Shown: piece after piece, positions 1 through 9,213 of the stretch | Position numbering within the stretch: the first letter of the stretch is position 1 | Layout of the letters: the number at the start of each line of letters is the position of its first letter | Source of the DNA: an uncultured Verrucomicrobiae bacterium | Lineage (GTDB): Bacteria > Verrucomicrobiota > Verrucomicrobiia > Chthoniobacterales > UBA10450 | Assembly: GCA_963726745.1 (NCBI GenBank) | Contig: CAVSDR010000002.1 | Location: forward strand, 64,001-128,000 | Length of the DNA: 64,000 bases | Reading direction: 5' to 3' | The notes under the pieces: model-generated | The model's input: only the letters and a program-made list of their open reading frames with translations | The model's database searches: none | Told to the model about the DNA's origin: nothing | Translations under genes and position numbers: made by a program

Positions 1-1
1 G

Positions 2-325
2 TTGCTCACCGGGAAATACAATGACGGCGACCCGGGCGACACCCGCATTTCCCTGAAGAATTACGAGTGGCTGCGGAAGGACTTTGAGAACGCGGAAGCG
101 CGTGCGCGCCTCGCGAAAGTGAAAGAGCTGGCAGGAGTAGCCAGCGATCTCGGGACCACGTTGCCGCGCCTCGCGCTCGCCTGGTGCCTCAGGAATCCGA
201 ACGTGAGCACGGTCATCACCGGCGCCTCGAAGCCGCAGCAGGTGCGCGAGAACATGCAGGCGAGCGAGCTCGTGCCGAAATTAACCGACGAGATCATGCA
301 GCGAATCGCTGCCATCCTCGGCTAA
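2..325 (+). CDS. Aldo/keto reductase (Kv-beta-like), C-terminal part; 5' truncated by the window edge
   Basis: LTGKY...LALAWCLRNPNVSTVITGASKPQQVRENM is the typical AKR C-terminal NADPH-binding region. Confidence 0.85.
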   Translation: MLTGKYNDGDPGDTRISLKNYEWLRKDFENAEARARLAKVKELAGVASDLGTTLPRLALAWCLRNPNVSTVITGASKPQQVRENMQASELVPKLTDEIMQRIAAILG

Positions 326-1182
326 CGAGAGGTCCAGCCGACTAGGAAAGCGTCGACTAATTCCGGCAGGTCATCGCTGTAGCCGCCTTCGAGGATCGCG
401 CCCACCGGCAGATCGAGTTCCGCGAGCCAGCGGCCGCATACCGCGAAGTCTTCCGCCTCGAGCGAGAGCTGTGTGATCGGGTCGCGCGCGTAGGCGTCGA
501 AGCCGGCGGAGACTAACAAGAGGTCCGGCTGGAACTCGAGCAGGGTGTCGAGCGCGCGCCGGATCACCGCCATGTGTTCCGCGCGCGGCGCCAGCGGTGG
601 CACAGGGAAGTTGTGGATGTTGCCGAACGACTCCAGCCCGGTCCCGGGATAGAGCGGCACCTGGTGGATCGAGGCGAAGCGCACGCCTTCGTTGTGGGCC
701 AGGATCGCCTCGGTGCCGTTGCCGTGGTGCGCGTCGAAATCCCAGATAGCCACGCGTTCAGCACCGTTAGCCAGCGCCTCGAGCGCGGCGACCGCGATGT
801 GATTGAAGTAGCAAAAGCCCATCGCCTGGTCGCGCGTGGCGTGGTGCCCCGGCGGTCGCATCAGGCTAAACGCGCGCTCACCACGTAGCGCGGCCTGCGC
901 CACTTCCACGGCTGCGCCAGTTGCCCGGGCGGCGTGGGCGTAGGTCTCGGGGTAAGCCGGGCAATCGGGATCGAAGTCGCCCGCGGCGGCGGCGATGTGT
1001 GCGAGGTGCTCTGCCGAGTGCGCCCGCAGGAGCATCTGCTCGTTCGCCGGTTGCGGCTCGCGCCACGCCCAATTCGGATGGCCCGCGCGCAGCAGCGCCG
1101 CCGTGTGCGCGACGCGTTCAGGGCGCTCGACGTGCCCGGCGCGGGCATACTCCGCCGCGCGCGGATCGTGAAAAATCAGCAC
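322..1182 (-). CDS. Histone deacetylase family (Zn-dependent) amidohydrolase
   Basis: Motifs RPPGHHA, GFCYFN, DFDAHHGNGT, SAGFDA, LEGGY. Confidence 0.93.
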   Translation of the reverse strand: MLIFHDPRAAEYARAGHVERPERVAHTAALLRAGHPNWAWREPQPANEQMLLRAHSAEHLAHIAAAAGDFDPDCPAYPETYAHAARATGAAVEVAQAALRGERAFSLMRPPGHHATRDQAMGFCYFNHIAVAALEALANGAERVAIWDFDAHHGNGTEAILAHNEGVRFASIHQVPLYPGTGLESFGNIHNFPVPPLAPRAEHMAVIRRALDTLLEFQPDLLLVSAGFDAYARDPITQLSLEAEDFAVCGRWLAELDLPVGAILEGGYSDDLPELVDAFLVGWTSR

Positions 1183-1204
1183 GCCGCCGCCTCCATCTCG
1201 CTGT

Positions 1205-1357
1205 CTAAGTGGTGAACTTCTTGAACAGCCAGATGGCCAGGAAGATGAGCGCCAGGACCCAGACGACGTGCAAGACCACGCTCGTAATCGCGAGGAAAAA
1301 CTTCAGGACGATCCACGCGATGATCAGAACGACGGCGAGCCAGATAAGGGAATTCAT
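1205..1357 (-). CDS. Small 50-aa two-helix membrane protein (missed by the ORF track)
   Basis: Read manually: ATG at 1357 to TAG at 1205, MNSLIWLAVVLIIAWIVLKFFLAITSVVLHVVWVLALIFLAIWLFKKFTT; co-oriented between the dcp-like and HDAC genes. Confidence 0.7.
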   Translation of the reverse strand: MNSLIWLAVVLIIAWIVLKFFLAITSVVLHVVWVLALIFLAIWLFKKFTT

Positions 1358-1399
1358 ACACCCTGATTCGCATGCGCCCGGGCGGCTGCGTGTCGCTCG

Positions 1400-3604
1400 T
1401 TAGCCCTTCTTCTCCGCGGGGGCTTCGCCCGTACCCGGCTCCGGACTCGTTAGGCCGCGGCGCTCGAGCAGTGGCTGAATGTCCGGGCCGCCGCCGGTGA
1501 AGTTCTTGAATTGTTCGAGCGGATCCTCGCTCCCGCCGCGCGAAAGCAAAGTCTTGCGGAACCGATCGCCGTTTTCCCGCGTCATCCCACCGTGTTCCTT
1601 GAACCATTTCACGGTGTCGGCATCGAGGACCTCGCTCCAGATATAGCTGTAGTAACCGGCCGAGTAGCCGCCCGCGAACGCGTGCGAGAAATACGGCGTG
1701 CGATAACGCGGCGGCACCGGCTCGTAGTCCAGGCCCACCTTCTTGAGCGCATCGGCCTCGAAGCCGAGGACGTCTTTCGGAATCTCGCCCGGCTTGAGCT
1801 GATGCCAGGCCTGGTCGAGCAGCGCCGCCGCAAGGTATTCGGTCGTCTTGAAGCCCTGGCCGAATTTTTCCGAGGCGGTCATCTTGTCGAGTAACTCCTT
1901 CGGCATCGGCTCGCCGGTTTGGTAATGCTTCGCGTAATTCTGCAGGACTTGCGGCCAGGTGGCCCACATCTCGTTCACCTGCGAGGGGAACTCGACGAAG
2001 TCGCGCGGGACGTTCGTCCCGGAAAAGCGCGGGTATTTTACGTTGGAAAACATCCCATGGAGCGCGTGGCCGAACTCGTGGAACATCGTCCGCACTTCAT
2101 CGAAGGTCAGGAGCGTGGGCTCGCCTTTTGGTGGCTTCGGGATGTTGAGGTGATTCGCCACCACCGGCTTGGTCTTGAAGAGATCACTCTGCGAGACGTA
2201 TTCGTTCATCCAGGCGCCGCCGCGTTTCGAGGGCCGGGCATACATGTCCGAGAGGAAGAGCGCGAGCGGCTCGCCGTTGGCGTCGAAGACTTCAAAGACG
2301 CGCACGTCCTCCTGGTAAACCGGCAGATCTTTCCGCTCCTTGAAGGTCAGCCCATAGATCTGGCCGGCGGCGTAGAAGACGCCGTCTCGCTGCACATGGT
2401 CCAGCTCGAAGTAGGGGCGCAGCTGCCCTTCGTCGAAGGCGTATTTATCCTTCCGCACCTTCTCTTCGTAAAGGCTCCAGTCCCACGACTTCAGCGGGAA
2501 CTTCTCATTCCCCTGGTCGATCTGCTGCTGGATATCGGCGCCTTCCTTCTTCGCGTTGGCCACCGCCGGCGGCGCGAGTTGGCCTAACAACTTGTTCACC
2601 GTCGGCACGTCCTTGGCCGTCTGATCCTCGAGCTGGTAGGCGGCGTGCGTCTCGTAGCCGAGCAGATTCGCGCGCTCCGCGCGCAGCTTTGCGATTTGCT
2701 TCACCGTCTCGCGCGTGTCGAACTGCCCGCCCTGGCTGTTGCGGTTGAGCGAGGCTTTCATTAAGCGCTCCCGCAGCGCGCGGTTTTGCAGCGATGAAAG
2801 GGCCGGCTGCCCGCTGGTGTTCTGCAGCGCGATGACAAACTTGCCCTCTTTCTTCTCCGCTTTCGCGGTGTTCGCGGCTGCGGCGATTTCGTTGTCGTCC
2901 ATGCCGGCGAGCTCCTCGCGCTTTTCCACCACCACGCCGTTGGCGTTTTTTTCCTTGAGCACGTGCTGGCTGAACTTTGTCTCCAGGCTCGCGAGCTCGC
3001 TGTTCATCTTCTTGAGCTTCTCCTTATCCGCGGCCGAGAGTTTTGCGCCCGCGCGCACGAAGTCCTTGTAGTAACGCTCGAGCAGGTAGGCCGATTCCGC
3101 GTCGAGCTGTAGCTCCGCTTTCTTGTCGTAGATCGCCTGCACGCGCTGGAAGAGTTTCGGGTTCAGGTAAATCGCGTCCTGATGCGCGGAAAGCTTCGGC
3201 GCCATTTCCGTCTCGGTCTTTTGCAGGACGTCGTCGGTGTTTGCGCCGGTGAGGTTGCCGAAGGTGTTGTTCACCCGGGTGAGCACCGTCCCGGATTTCT
3301 CCAGGGCCACGATCGTGTTTTCGAAGGTCGGCTCGTCGGTGCTGTTCGCGATCGCTTCCACTTCCTTCAAGTGCTCCGCGAGCGCGATTGCAAACGCGGG
3401 CGAGAACTGCTCGCTCTTGATCTTGTCGAAGGCCGGCATCTGATACGGCAGCGTGCTTTCGGCGAGTAGCGGATTGGCCGCGGTGGCCTCCTTATTATCC
3501 GGGACGGCGGGCGCTTTTTTAGGCGGAGCAGCATGCATGGATTGGAAAGTGAAGCTCGCCGCGAGGGCGACGAGCAGGAGGCGCGGAAGCAGATGCTTGG
3601 ACAT
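1400..3604 (-). CDS. dcp: M3 family metallopeptidase, peptidyl-dipeptidase Dcp-like, with signal peptide
   Basis: FHEFGHALH zinc motif, RDFVEFPSQVNE, KRGGAWM, YSAGYYSYIWSEVLDAD; N-terminal signal peptide. Confidence 0.92.
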   Translation of the reverse strand: MSKHLLPRLLLVALAASFTFQSMHAAPPKKAPAVPDNKEATAANPLLAESTLPYQMPAFDKIKSEQFSPAFAIALAEHLKEVEAIANSTDEPTFENTIVALEKSGTVLTRVNNTFGNLTGANTDDVLQKTETEMAPKLSAHQDAIYLNPKLFQRVQAIYDKKAELQLDAESAYLLERYYKDFVRAGAKLSAADKEKLKKMNSELASLETKFSQHVLKEKNANGVVVEKREELAGMDDNEIAAAANTAKAEKKEGKFVIALQNTSGQPALSSLQNRALRERLMKASLNRNSQGGQFDTRETVKQIAKLRAERANLLGYETHAAYQLEDQTAKDVPTVNKLLGQLAPPAVANAKKEGADIQQQIDQGNEKFPLKSWDWSLYEEKVRKDKYAFDEGQLRPYFELDHVQRDGVFYAAGQIYGLTFKERKDLPVYQEDVRVFEVFDANGEPLALFLSDMYARPSKRGGAWMNEYVSQSDLFKTKPVVANHLNIPKPPKGEPTLLTFDEVRTMFHEFGHALHGMFSNVKYPRFSGTNVPRDFVEFPSQVNEMWATWPQVLQNYAKHYQTGEPMPKELLDKMTASEKFGQGFKTTEYLAAALLDQAWHQLKPGEIPKDVLGFEADALKKVGLDYEPVPPRYRTPYFSHAFAGGYSAGYYSYIWSEVLDADTVKWFKEHGGMTRENGDRFRKTLLSRGGSEDPLEQFKNFTGGGPDIQPLLERRGLTSPEPGTGEAPAEKKG

Positions 3605-3632
3605 AAGTGTGAGTGAGACGATGGAGTGACTC

Positions 3633-4784
3633 GTGGGGAATGTAAACGAACGGAATCAATCGGTCCTGGCCACGCTCTTGCGTGAAAACCCGGTGGTCGT
3701 GACCGGCCTCGGGGCGCTCTCCGCCGCGGGCGGAAATGTGGCCGCGCTCTGGGCCGCGGCGGCGGCCGGACGCGTGCCCGCCAGTTATGCGGTCGCGAAG
3801 ATTCCGGAGACGCCGGCGCGTTTCCGGCGGCTCGATCGCGCGGCGCAGCTCGCCTGGTGCGCCGCGGCCGAGGCGCTGGCGCAGGCTGGCTTGGGGGAAG
3901 TGGGCACGCCCGAGCGCGTCGGCGTTTTCGTGGGCACCGCGGGCGTTCCGCAGCGCTCGTTAGGCCAGGCGCCCCGCCCTTCCACGGCGGCCGATCAATC
4001 GTTCAGCGCCATCGCCGGGGCGCTCGCGCGGGACTTCGGTTTCCGGGGGCCGTGCGTGACCGTGGCCGCGACCTGCGCCTCCGCGGCGGTGGCCATTGCG
4101 CAGGGCGCAGAGCAGATCTTGCTGGGTAAAATAGACGTCGCCCTGGTGGGTGGCGCCGAGGCGCCGCTTGCGCCGGGACGCATGGCGGAGTTCGCCGCGG
4201 CGGGCGTGCTCGCGCGGGAAAGTTGCCGGCCGTTTGATCGGGCGCGCGACGGCATGGTCCTGGGCGAGGGGAGCGGCTTCCTGGTCTTGGAGTCGTCGGG
4301 CCATGCCCGCGCGCGCGGGGTGAAGTGGCTGGCTAATTTCTCTGGCTGGGCCTACGCGAGCGATGCCCGCAGCCGCACGGCCAACGGCACCGCCGGCCTG
4401 GCCCGCGTCTTGCAAGAAGCTTGTGCGCTGGCGCCCGGCCCGATCGATTACCTCAATCTCCACGGCAACGGCACCGTGCGCGGCGATCGCGAGGAAGCCG
4501 AAGCCGTGGCCCAGCTTTTCCCGGGCGTCCCATGCAGTTCAACGAAGCCCATCACCGGTCATTGCCTGGGGGCCACGCCCGCGCTGGAAGCGATCATTGC
4601 CATCGCAGCGCTGCGCGCACAAACCATCCCGCCGAGCGCGCACTGCGACGCGCAGGACCCAGCCTGCGCCATCTCGCTGGCTAAAACCGCCCGGCCCGCA
4701 GAGCTGCGCACCATCCTTTCGAACTCGTTAGGCTTCTGGGGCCAAACCGCCGCGCTCCTTTTCGCGGCTCCGGCGACTCGTTAG
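3633..4784 (+). CDS. Beta-ketoacyl-ACP synthase (FabF/KAS-like), stand-alone
   Basis: VVVTGLG start, catalytic Cys in ATCAS, CRPFDRARDGMVLGEG, NLHGNGT, STKPITGHCLGA, SNSLGFWG. Confidence 0.85.
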   Translation: MGNVNERNQSVLATLLRENPVVVTGLGALSAAGGNVAALWAAAAAGRVPASYAVAKIPETPARFRRLDRAAQLAWCAAAEALAQAGLGEVGTPERVGVFVGTAGVPQRSLGQAPRPSTAADQSFSAIAGALARDFGFRGPCVTVAATCASAAVAIAQGAEQILLGKIDVALVGGAEAPLAPGRMAEFAAAGVLARESCRPFDRARDGMVLGEGSGFLVLESSGHARARGVKWLANFSGWAYASDARSRTANGTAGLARVLQEACALAPGPIDYLNLHGNGTVRGDREEAEAVAQLFPGVPCSSTKPITGHCLGATPALEAIIAIAALRAQTIPPSAHCDAQDPACAISLAKTARPAELRTILSNSLGFWGQTAALLFAAPATR

Positions 4785-4791
4785 GCGCGAG

Positions 4792-7152
4792 CTAGTCCGG
4801 CGCGAGCGTGGTGACCACGGCTTCGAACCCGGGATCGCCCCGGAGCGGGTCCCAGAATGGGTGCAGTTTAAGGTGCCCATAGCTCCAGTAGCTGTGCACT
4901 TGCGTGGCCTGGTGCAGTTCCTCCGCTGCGAGGTCTTTCTCGCCGGCCCAGCCGTAGATGATCGCGAGGTAGCCGTGGAGGAGGGGAGCATCGACCGCGT
5001 CTTGCGAGATGGGAGTGGCTTCCACGGCGCGGCGCCCTTCGGCGATCGCTTCCGCCTTCTGGCCGAGCGCCGCGCGCGCCATCGCGACGGCGCAAATCGC
5101 GCCGCCGTAGCGCGGCTCTTTCTCCAACTGCTCCTGCGAGAGTCGCAGGGCCTCGGTGAAGTGAGCGCGCGCTCCGGCTTCGTCGCCCGCGAGGCGCGCG
5201 ACCACGCCCTGGCACCAGCTCATGGGGAAGGGGACGCCTTCGGCATTGCAGCCCGTGGAACCGAAGGCCTCCATGGCGCGCTCCGCCTCGGCCGGCTTCC
5301 GTTCGCAGAGCGCCAGTTGGAACCAATACTCCGCGATCGCGCGCCCATCGCCCAGGCTTTGTTCCAGGACCTTTCGCACGGCCGCGCGCAGCGGCGCGGT
5401 GTCTGCATGCCAGTCCAGCTCGACCGCGGCCGCTTGCACCTGGGCCAGCGGATCCTCCGGCGCAAGGCGGAGGACGCGGCGCAGCACCGCGCCCATTTCG
5501 TGGTAGCGCCGCTGGCATTGATAACTGAGTGCAAGCTGGCGCAGGATCTCGAGATTTTCCGGATCCAATTCTGAAGCGCGCAAAAAATTAGCCGTGGAAT
5601 CGCGCCAGTGTCCCTCGCGTCGCTGGATGTAACCGAGGAGCAGCGGCACAAGCGGGTCGTTAGGCAGCTTTTTCTGCGCGTTTTCCAACTCGAGGCGCGC
5701 CTTCGGATGGTCGCCCAGGGCCCAGTAGTAATGTTTTGCCTTCGCCAGGTGGGTCTCCCCGGCATTTGGCTGCAGAGAATCGAGAACCTGCAATTGCGCC
5801 TCGGCCTGCCGGAGCCGCACCGCCCCTGGCTCGAAGCGCCGATAGAGCTGGTCGTAGGTATGGGCCAAAAGATAGTGCGCGAGAAAAAACTGCGGGTCTC
5901 GGGTGGTCGCCTCTTCCAGGTTGCGCGCGGCTCGCTGTAAATCTTCGTGGGCCGCAGAACTGAAGACGGCGTCGCTGATCAAGCCCCGGGCGTCGATGTA
6001 TTTCGAGTATGCCAGCTCGTCGCGTGTCGGGCGCTTCCTGAGCGCGGCCCGCTCCTGCGGCGAGAGCTGGACCTTGAGCTGCGCGGTGATGCGCTGGGCG
6101 ATCTCGCTTTGGATGCTGAAAAGGTCGGACTCGTTGCTGTCGTAGCGGTCGGACCACTGCTGGGTCTCGTGCTCCCCTTCGATCAATTGCACGAGCACAC
6201 GCACGTGCTCTCCCACCCGCTGGACATTCCCTTGCAGGAGGTATTGCACGTCCAAATCATGAGCAATCTTCCGCGTGTCCCGCGGCTGCCCGGGAGAGTA
6301 GCGCGCGCCCGACACGACCTTGAGTCCGGAGACGTGGCCGAGGTTGGTTACGATCTCCTCCTGGAGGCCGTTGACGAAATGCTCGTTGCCCTTTTCGTCG
6401 CTCGCGTTTCCGAAAGGGAGCACGGCGATGCTGGCCGGCTGATGGCGCACAGCATATAAGCCGAGGGCGGCCGCCGAGAGCGCAAGGAACGCGACCAGGG
6501 GCTTCCACCCCCAACGCTGGCCGGCGGTGGAAGGGTCTTTGCCGCGGGGCCACGCGGCCCAGCGGCGTTTCTGTTGCGCGAGTCGCGCGGGCACGGCGGG
6601 GTTGCCCAGGCCATCCTTGCAGACGTTCACCAGGCTGACGCGCAGCCCGTGTTTGACGACACATTCTCCGAGCTCGGTCAGGTGAGGATTCCAATGCCGA
6701 TACGGGCCGAGGTCGTCGGCGGTGCGCTTGGAAAGCAGAATGTGCCCGGCGTCGCCGCAATCGAGCACGCGTTGGGCGATGTTCAAAGCAGAGCCGACAT
6801 AGTTCTTGCTGCCGTTCACATCCTTCACTTCCCGGATGGGCCCGCTGTGCACGCCCATGCGCAGATGCAGTCCCGGCTCCTCCCGGAGCGCCTGCGCGAT
6901 TTCGAGCGCGCATTGCACCGGGGACTCCGGGCTGTCGAAGAAGAGCAAGGCCATGCCGTCGCCCGTGGGCAGCCGGACGAGGTGGCCGGCGCGCTCGCTT
7001 TGCAGCACCCGGCGCGTTTGCCTAACGAGTGCATTCATCCGCTCGACCAGGCGGATTTGTTCATCCACCAACAGCTTGGCGTAGGCGACGATGTCGAGCA
7101 GGAGGACGTGGGCGATCTCCGGCTCGAGATTTGGTTCTGGCTCAGTTGCCAT
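4792..7152 (-). CDS. Class III nucleotide cyclase domain + TM helix + TolB-like domain + TPR repeats
   Basis: HVLLLDIVAY, PTGDGMALLF, RMGVHSGP, NIAQRV (cyclase); SIAVLPF (TolB-like); helical repeats ending WDPLRGDPGF; start taken at ATG 7152. Confidence 0.88.
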   Translation of the reverse strand: MATEPEPNLEPEIAHVLLLDIVAYAKLLVDEQIRLVERMNALVRQTRRVLQSERAGHLVRLPTGDGMALLFFDSPESPVQCALEIAQALREEPGLHLRMGVHSGPIREVKDVNGSKNYVGSALNIAQRVLDCGDAGHILLSKRTADDLGPYRHWNPHLTELGECVVKHGLRVSLVNVCKDGLGNPAVPARLAQQKRRWAAWPRGKDPSTAGQRWGWKPLVAFLALSAAALGLYAVRHQPASIAVLPFGNASDEKGNEHFVNGLQEEIVTNLGHVSGLKVVSGARYSPGQPRDTRKIAHDLDVQYLLQGNVQRVGEHVRVLVQLIEGEHETQQWSDRYDSNESDLFSIQSEIAQRITAQLKVQLSPQERAALRKRPTRDELAYSKYIDARGLISDAVFSSAAHEDLQRAARNLEEATTRDPQFFLAHYLLAHTYDQLYRRFEPGAVRLRQAEAQLQVLDSLQPNAGETHLAKAKHYYWALGDHPKARLELENAQKKLPNDPLVPLLLGYIQRREGHWRDSTANFLRASELDPENLEILRQLALSYQCQRRYHEMGAVLRRVLRLAPEDPLAQVQAAAVELDWHADTAPLRAAVRKVLEQSLGDGRAIAEYWFQLALCERKPAEAERAMEAFGSTGCNAEGVPFPMSWCQGVVARLAGDEAGARAHFTEALRLSQEQLEKEPRYGGAICAVAMARAALGQKAEAIAEGRRAVEATPISQDAVDAPLLHGYLAIIYGWAGEKDLAAEELHQATQVHSYWSYGHLKLHPFWDPLRGDPGFEAVVTTLAPD

Positions 7153-7220
7153 GGGGGCCTGCGCGGGAGCTCTGTCGCGCCACTTTGGCGAACTAGCTCC
7201 CGTTTCGTCGAGGCGAAAGC

Positions 7221-8117
7221 TTATCTCGCCGCTGGTGCCGCCGTGGCTCCGCGCTCCGGCGCGAAGGCCGCGAGGTTCAGCACGATCATCGCGCTGGCAA
7301 AAAGCGGCATGCCCATGAGCAGGCCAATGCCGAGATGCAGCAGGCAAATTGCGGCCAGCCAAAAGGGTCGTGTCCGGCGGGGCCAGATCATGAGCGGGAA
7401 GGTTAATTCCAGCAGCCAGAGGGCGATTCCGGCTGCGGGGAGGAGAAAGCGCAGCGCCGCCAGCCCATCTGGCGGGAGCAGGTCAAAGGGCGGACGCACC
7501 AGCGCGCGCCAAAGACTGTTGCCGTTCCACCAGCCGGGTCCCAAGGCTTTTGCGAGCCCGCTGAAGAAATACAGCAGGCAAAGATGAATCTGCAGGGCAC
7601 GCCGGATGAGGATCGGGGCCGCGGGCGGCACCGCGCGGCCGAAGCGGTGGTCCAAGGTCCAGCGATCCGGCGTGGGCGCGAGCACGAGATAGAAGAGTCC
7701 GATGGTCATCGCGCTATCGACCCCATAGCTCAGCAGCCCGCTGCTTTTCGCCACCAGCAAATGGAGCAGCCAGCCGGAAATCGCGGCCCCGCGGGTGAAA
7801 AGTCCCAAGACCAGGAACAGCCCCGAAAGCAGGAGCAGAAGCCAGAGCCAGTGGAGCGCGGTCTCCGCGGGAAACTCCCCGAACGCTTTGGCCAGCCACC
7901 CGAGGTGCGGCACAAAGACTCCGCGCGCCTGCCACCACGCGCTGCTGATCTCGCTGCCTAAAAATCCGCGCCCACCCGCGCCCAAAAGAAAAATCCAGGA
8001 AGGCCGCAGCGCCAGGCAGAACAGGATCAGCTGCAAGCCCATGCCGCAGCGGAGGACCGCTACCCACGAGAGCGACGCCGGCGCAAAGAAGAACCGCTCG
8101 AGGGTCGCTCTACTCAC
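7221..8117 (-). CDS. HTTM-domain membrane protein (SdpB/vitamin K-dependent carboxylase-like)
   Basis: Multiple TM helices; LQIHLCLLYFFSGLAK..GPGWWNG, LLELTFP, LHLGIGLLMG are typical HTTM segments. Confidence 0.8.
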   Translation of the reverse strand: MSRATLERFFFAPASLSWVAVLRCGMGLQLILFCLALRPSWIFLLGAGGRGFLGSEISSAWWQARGVFVPHLGWLAKAFGEFPAETALHWLWLLLLLSGLFLVLGLFTRGAAISGWLLHLLVAKSSGLLSYGVDSAMTIGLFYLVLAPTPDRWTLDHRFGRAVPPAAPILIRRALQIHLCLLYFFSGLAKALGPGWWNGNSLWRALVRPPFDLLPPDGLAALRFLLPAAGIALWLLELTFPLMIWPRRTRPFWLAAICLLHLGIGLLMGMPLFASAMIVLNLAAFAPERGATAAPAAR

Positions 8118-8679
8118 CGTGCTCTTCCGCCGTCGTCAGGTCGTAAAGGCGCACCTCCTCGCGCCTGGGTCGCGCCCCGTCCGCATACTCGGCGGCAGTC
8201 GGCAGGCTCAGGCGGACCAAGGTCACGCGCACCGCGGTGGTGCCCAGGTGCTGGCCCAGCATCCAGGCAGCGGCTCTTTGCACGAGCAGCTCGCGAAATT
8301 CCTCCACCTCCGCGGAGCCGAGGGTGTCGAGCAAGGCCCCCAGACGCAGGTCGCCCTCGCGGGAACCGCTCGTTAGGCTGGGTCGCTCGAGATAACCGGT
8401 GGAATTGGTCAGGGCGAAATCGAGCCGGAAAGCTTCCGGGACATTCGGCGCGAAGTAGCTGGAGCCGGCCTCGCTCCCGAGATAATGCCCATAGCTTCGA
8501 AGCGGGCCGAGCTGCAACCCTCTCGCAAGGCTTTCCGCTACCTTGGCTGCGCCGCTCGCCACGGCTGCTGGCAGGACCGTTCCTCCCTGGCCCGTGACTC
8601 GAAGCAAATCCTCCAGCGCCGTCGCGAGGACGAAAGCAAAGTGGGCCAGGAAAGCCAGCAGGCAGAGGGTCCGTCCCAC
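8110..8679 (-). CDS. DUF5819/SdpA-like membrane-anchored protein
   Basis: N-terminal TM helix containing His (LAHF), then YFAPNVP matching the FFAP motif of SdpA-like HTTM partners; overlaps the HTTM gene start. Confidence 0.6.
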   Translation of the reverse strand: MGRTLCLLAFLAHFAFVLATALEDLLRVTGQGGTVLPAAVASGAAKVAESLARGLQLGPLRSYGHYLGSEAGSSYFAPNVPEAFRLDFALTNSTGYLERPSLTSGSREGDLRLGALLDTLGSAEVEEFRELLVQRAAAWMLGQHLGTTAVRVTLVRLSLPTAAEYADGARPRREEVRLYDLTTAEEHGE

Positions 8680-8682
8680 GCG

Positions 8683-9099
8683 CTACGGGCGCCGTGAGGC
8701 CGGGCGCGAGGAATCCTCGCCGTGCAGGCTTTTGTCCACTTGGGCGAAGAACGCCTTCATGGCTACGGTGCTGGGGAAGTTCGCCATTTGGGTGTGGTTG
8801 GTTCCGTTCAGCATGTGCATTTTTTGATTGAGCAGCGCGCAGTCGAAGTTATCCAGCGGCCAAATCTGAATGCCGTTGTACTTAATGAACGAGCCGTTTT
8901 TGATGGCGTACCTATCGAGCGCCTGTCGCAAGGCCTGGATTTGGGCGCAATCCGCAATTCTCAAGAAGCGCACTTTGACCGCGAAGGGGGCGGTGCTGTT
9001 GATCGGGAAGCAATTCAGGCAACCCTGGAAGCTCAGGGCAACGGCAAGGATGGCCGCGGCTAAAGCCGCGCGTTTTCCGGGTCGGATGGAGTTTTTCAT
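8683..9099 (-). CDS. Hypothetical lipoprotein, 138 aa, 4 Cys; candidate precursor for the SdpAB-like pair
   Basis: ATG at 9099 (MKNSIRPGKRAALAAAILAVALSFQGC, lipobox-like FQGC); stop lies 3 nt before the next gene. The long upstream extension in the ORF track is antisense to 9214..10731. Confidence 0.65.
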   Translation of the reverse strand: MKNSIRPGKRAALAAAILAVALSFQGCLNCFPINSTAPFAVKVRFLRIADCAQIQALRQALDRYAIKNGSFIKYNGIQIWPLDNFDCALLNQKMHMLNGTNHTQMANFPSTVAMKAFFAQVDKSLHGEDSSRPASRRP

Positions 9100-9213
9100 A
9101 TTCTGAGGGAGGGGATGTAAGACTGCTGCTAACCGTTTATACGGAATTGCGGCTTCCGGGTTCCGAAAAACTTCGCGGGAGCCTGGGCCATTGAATAACA
9201 TGAAGGCCCCAGC

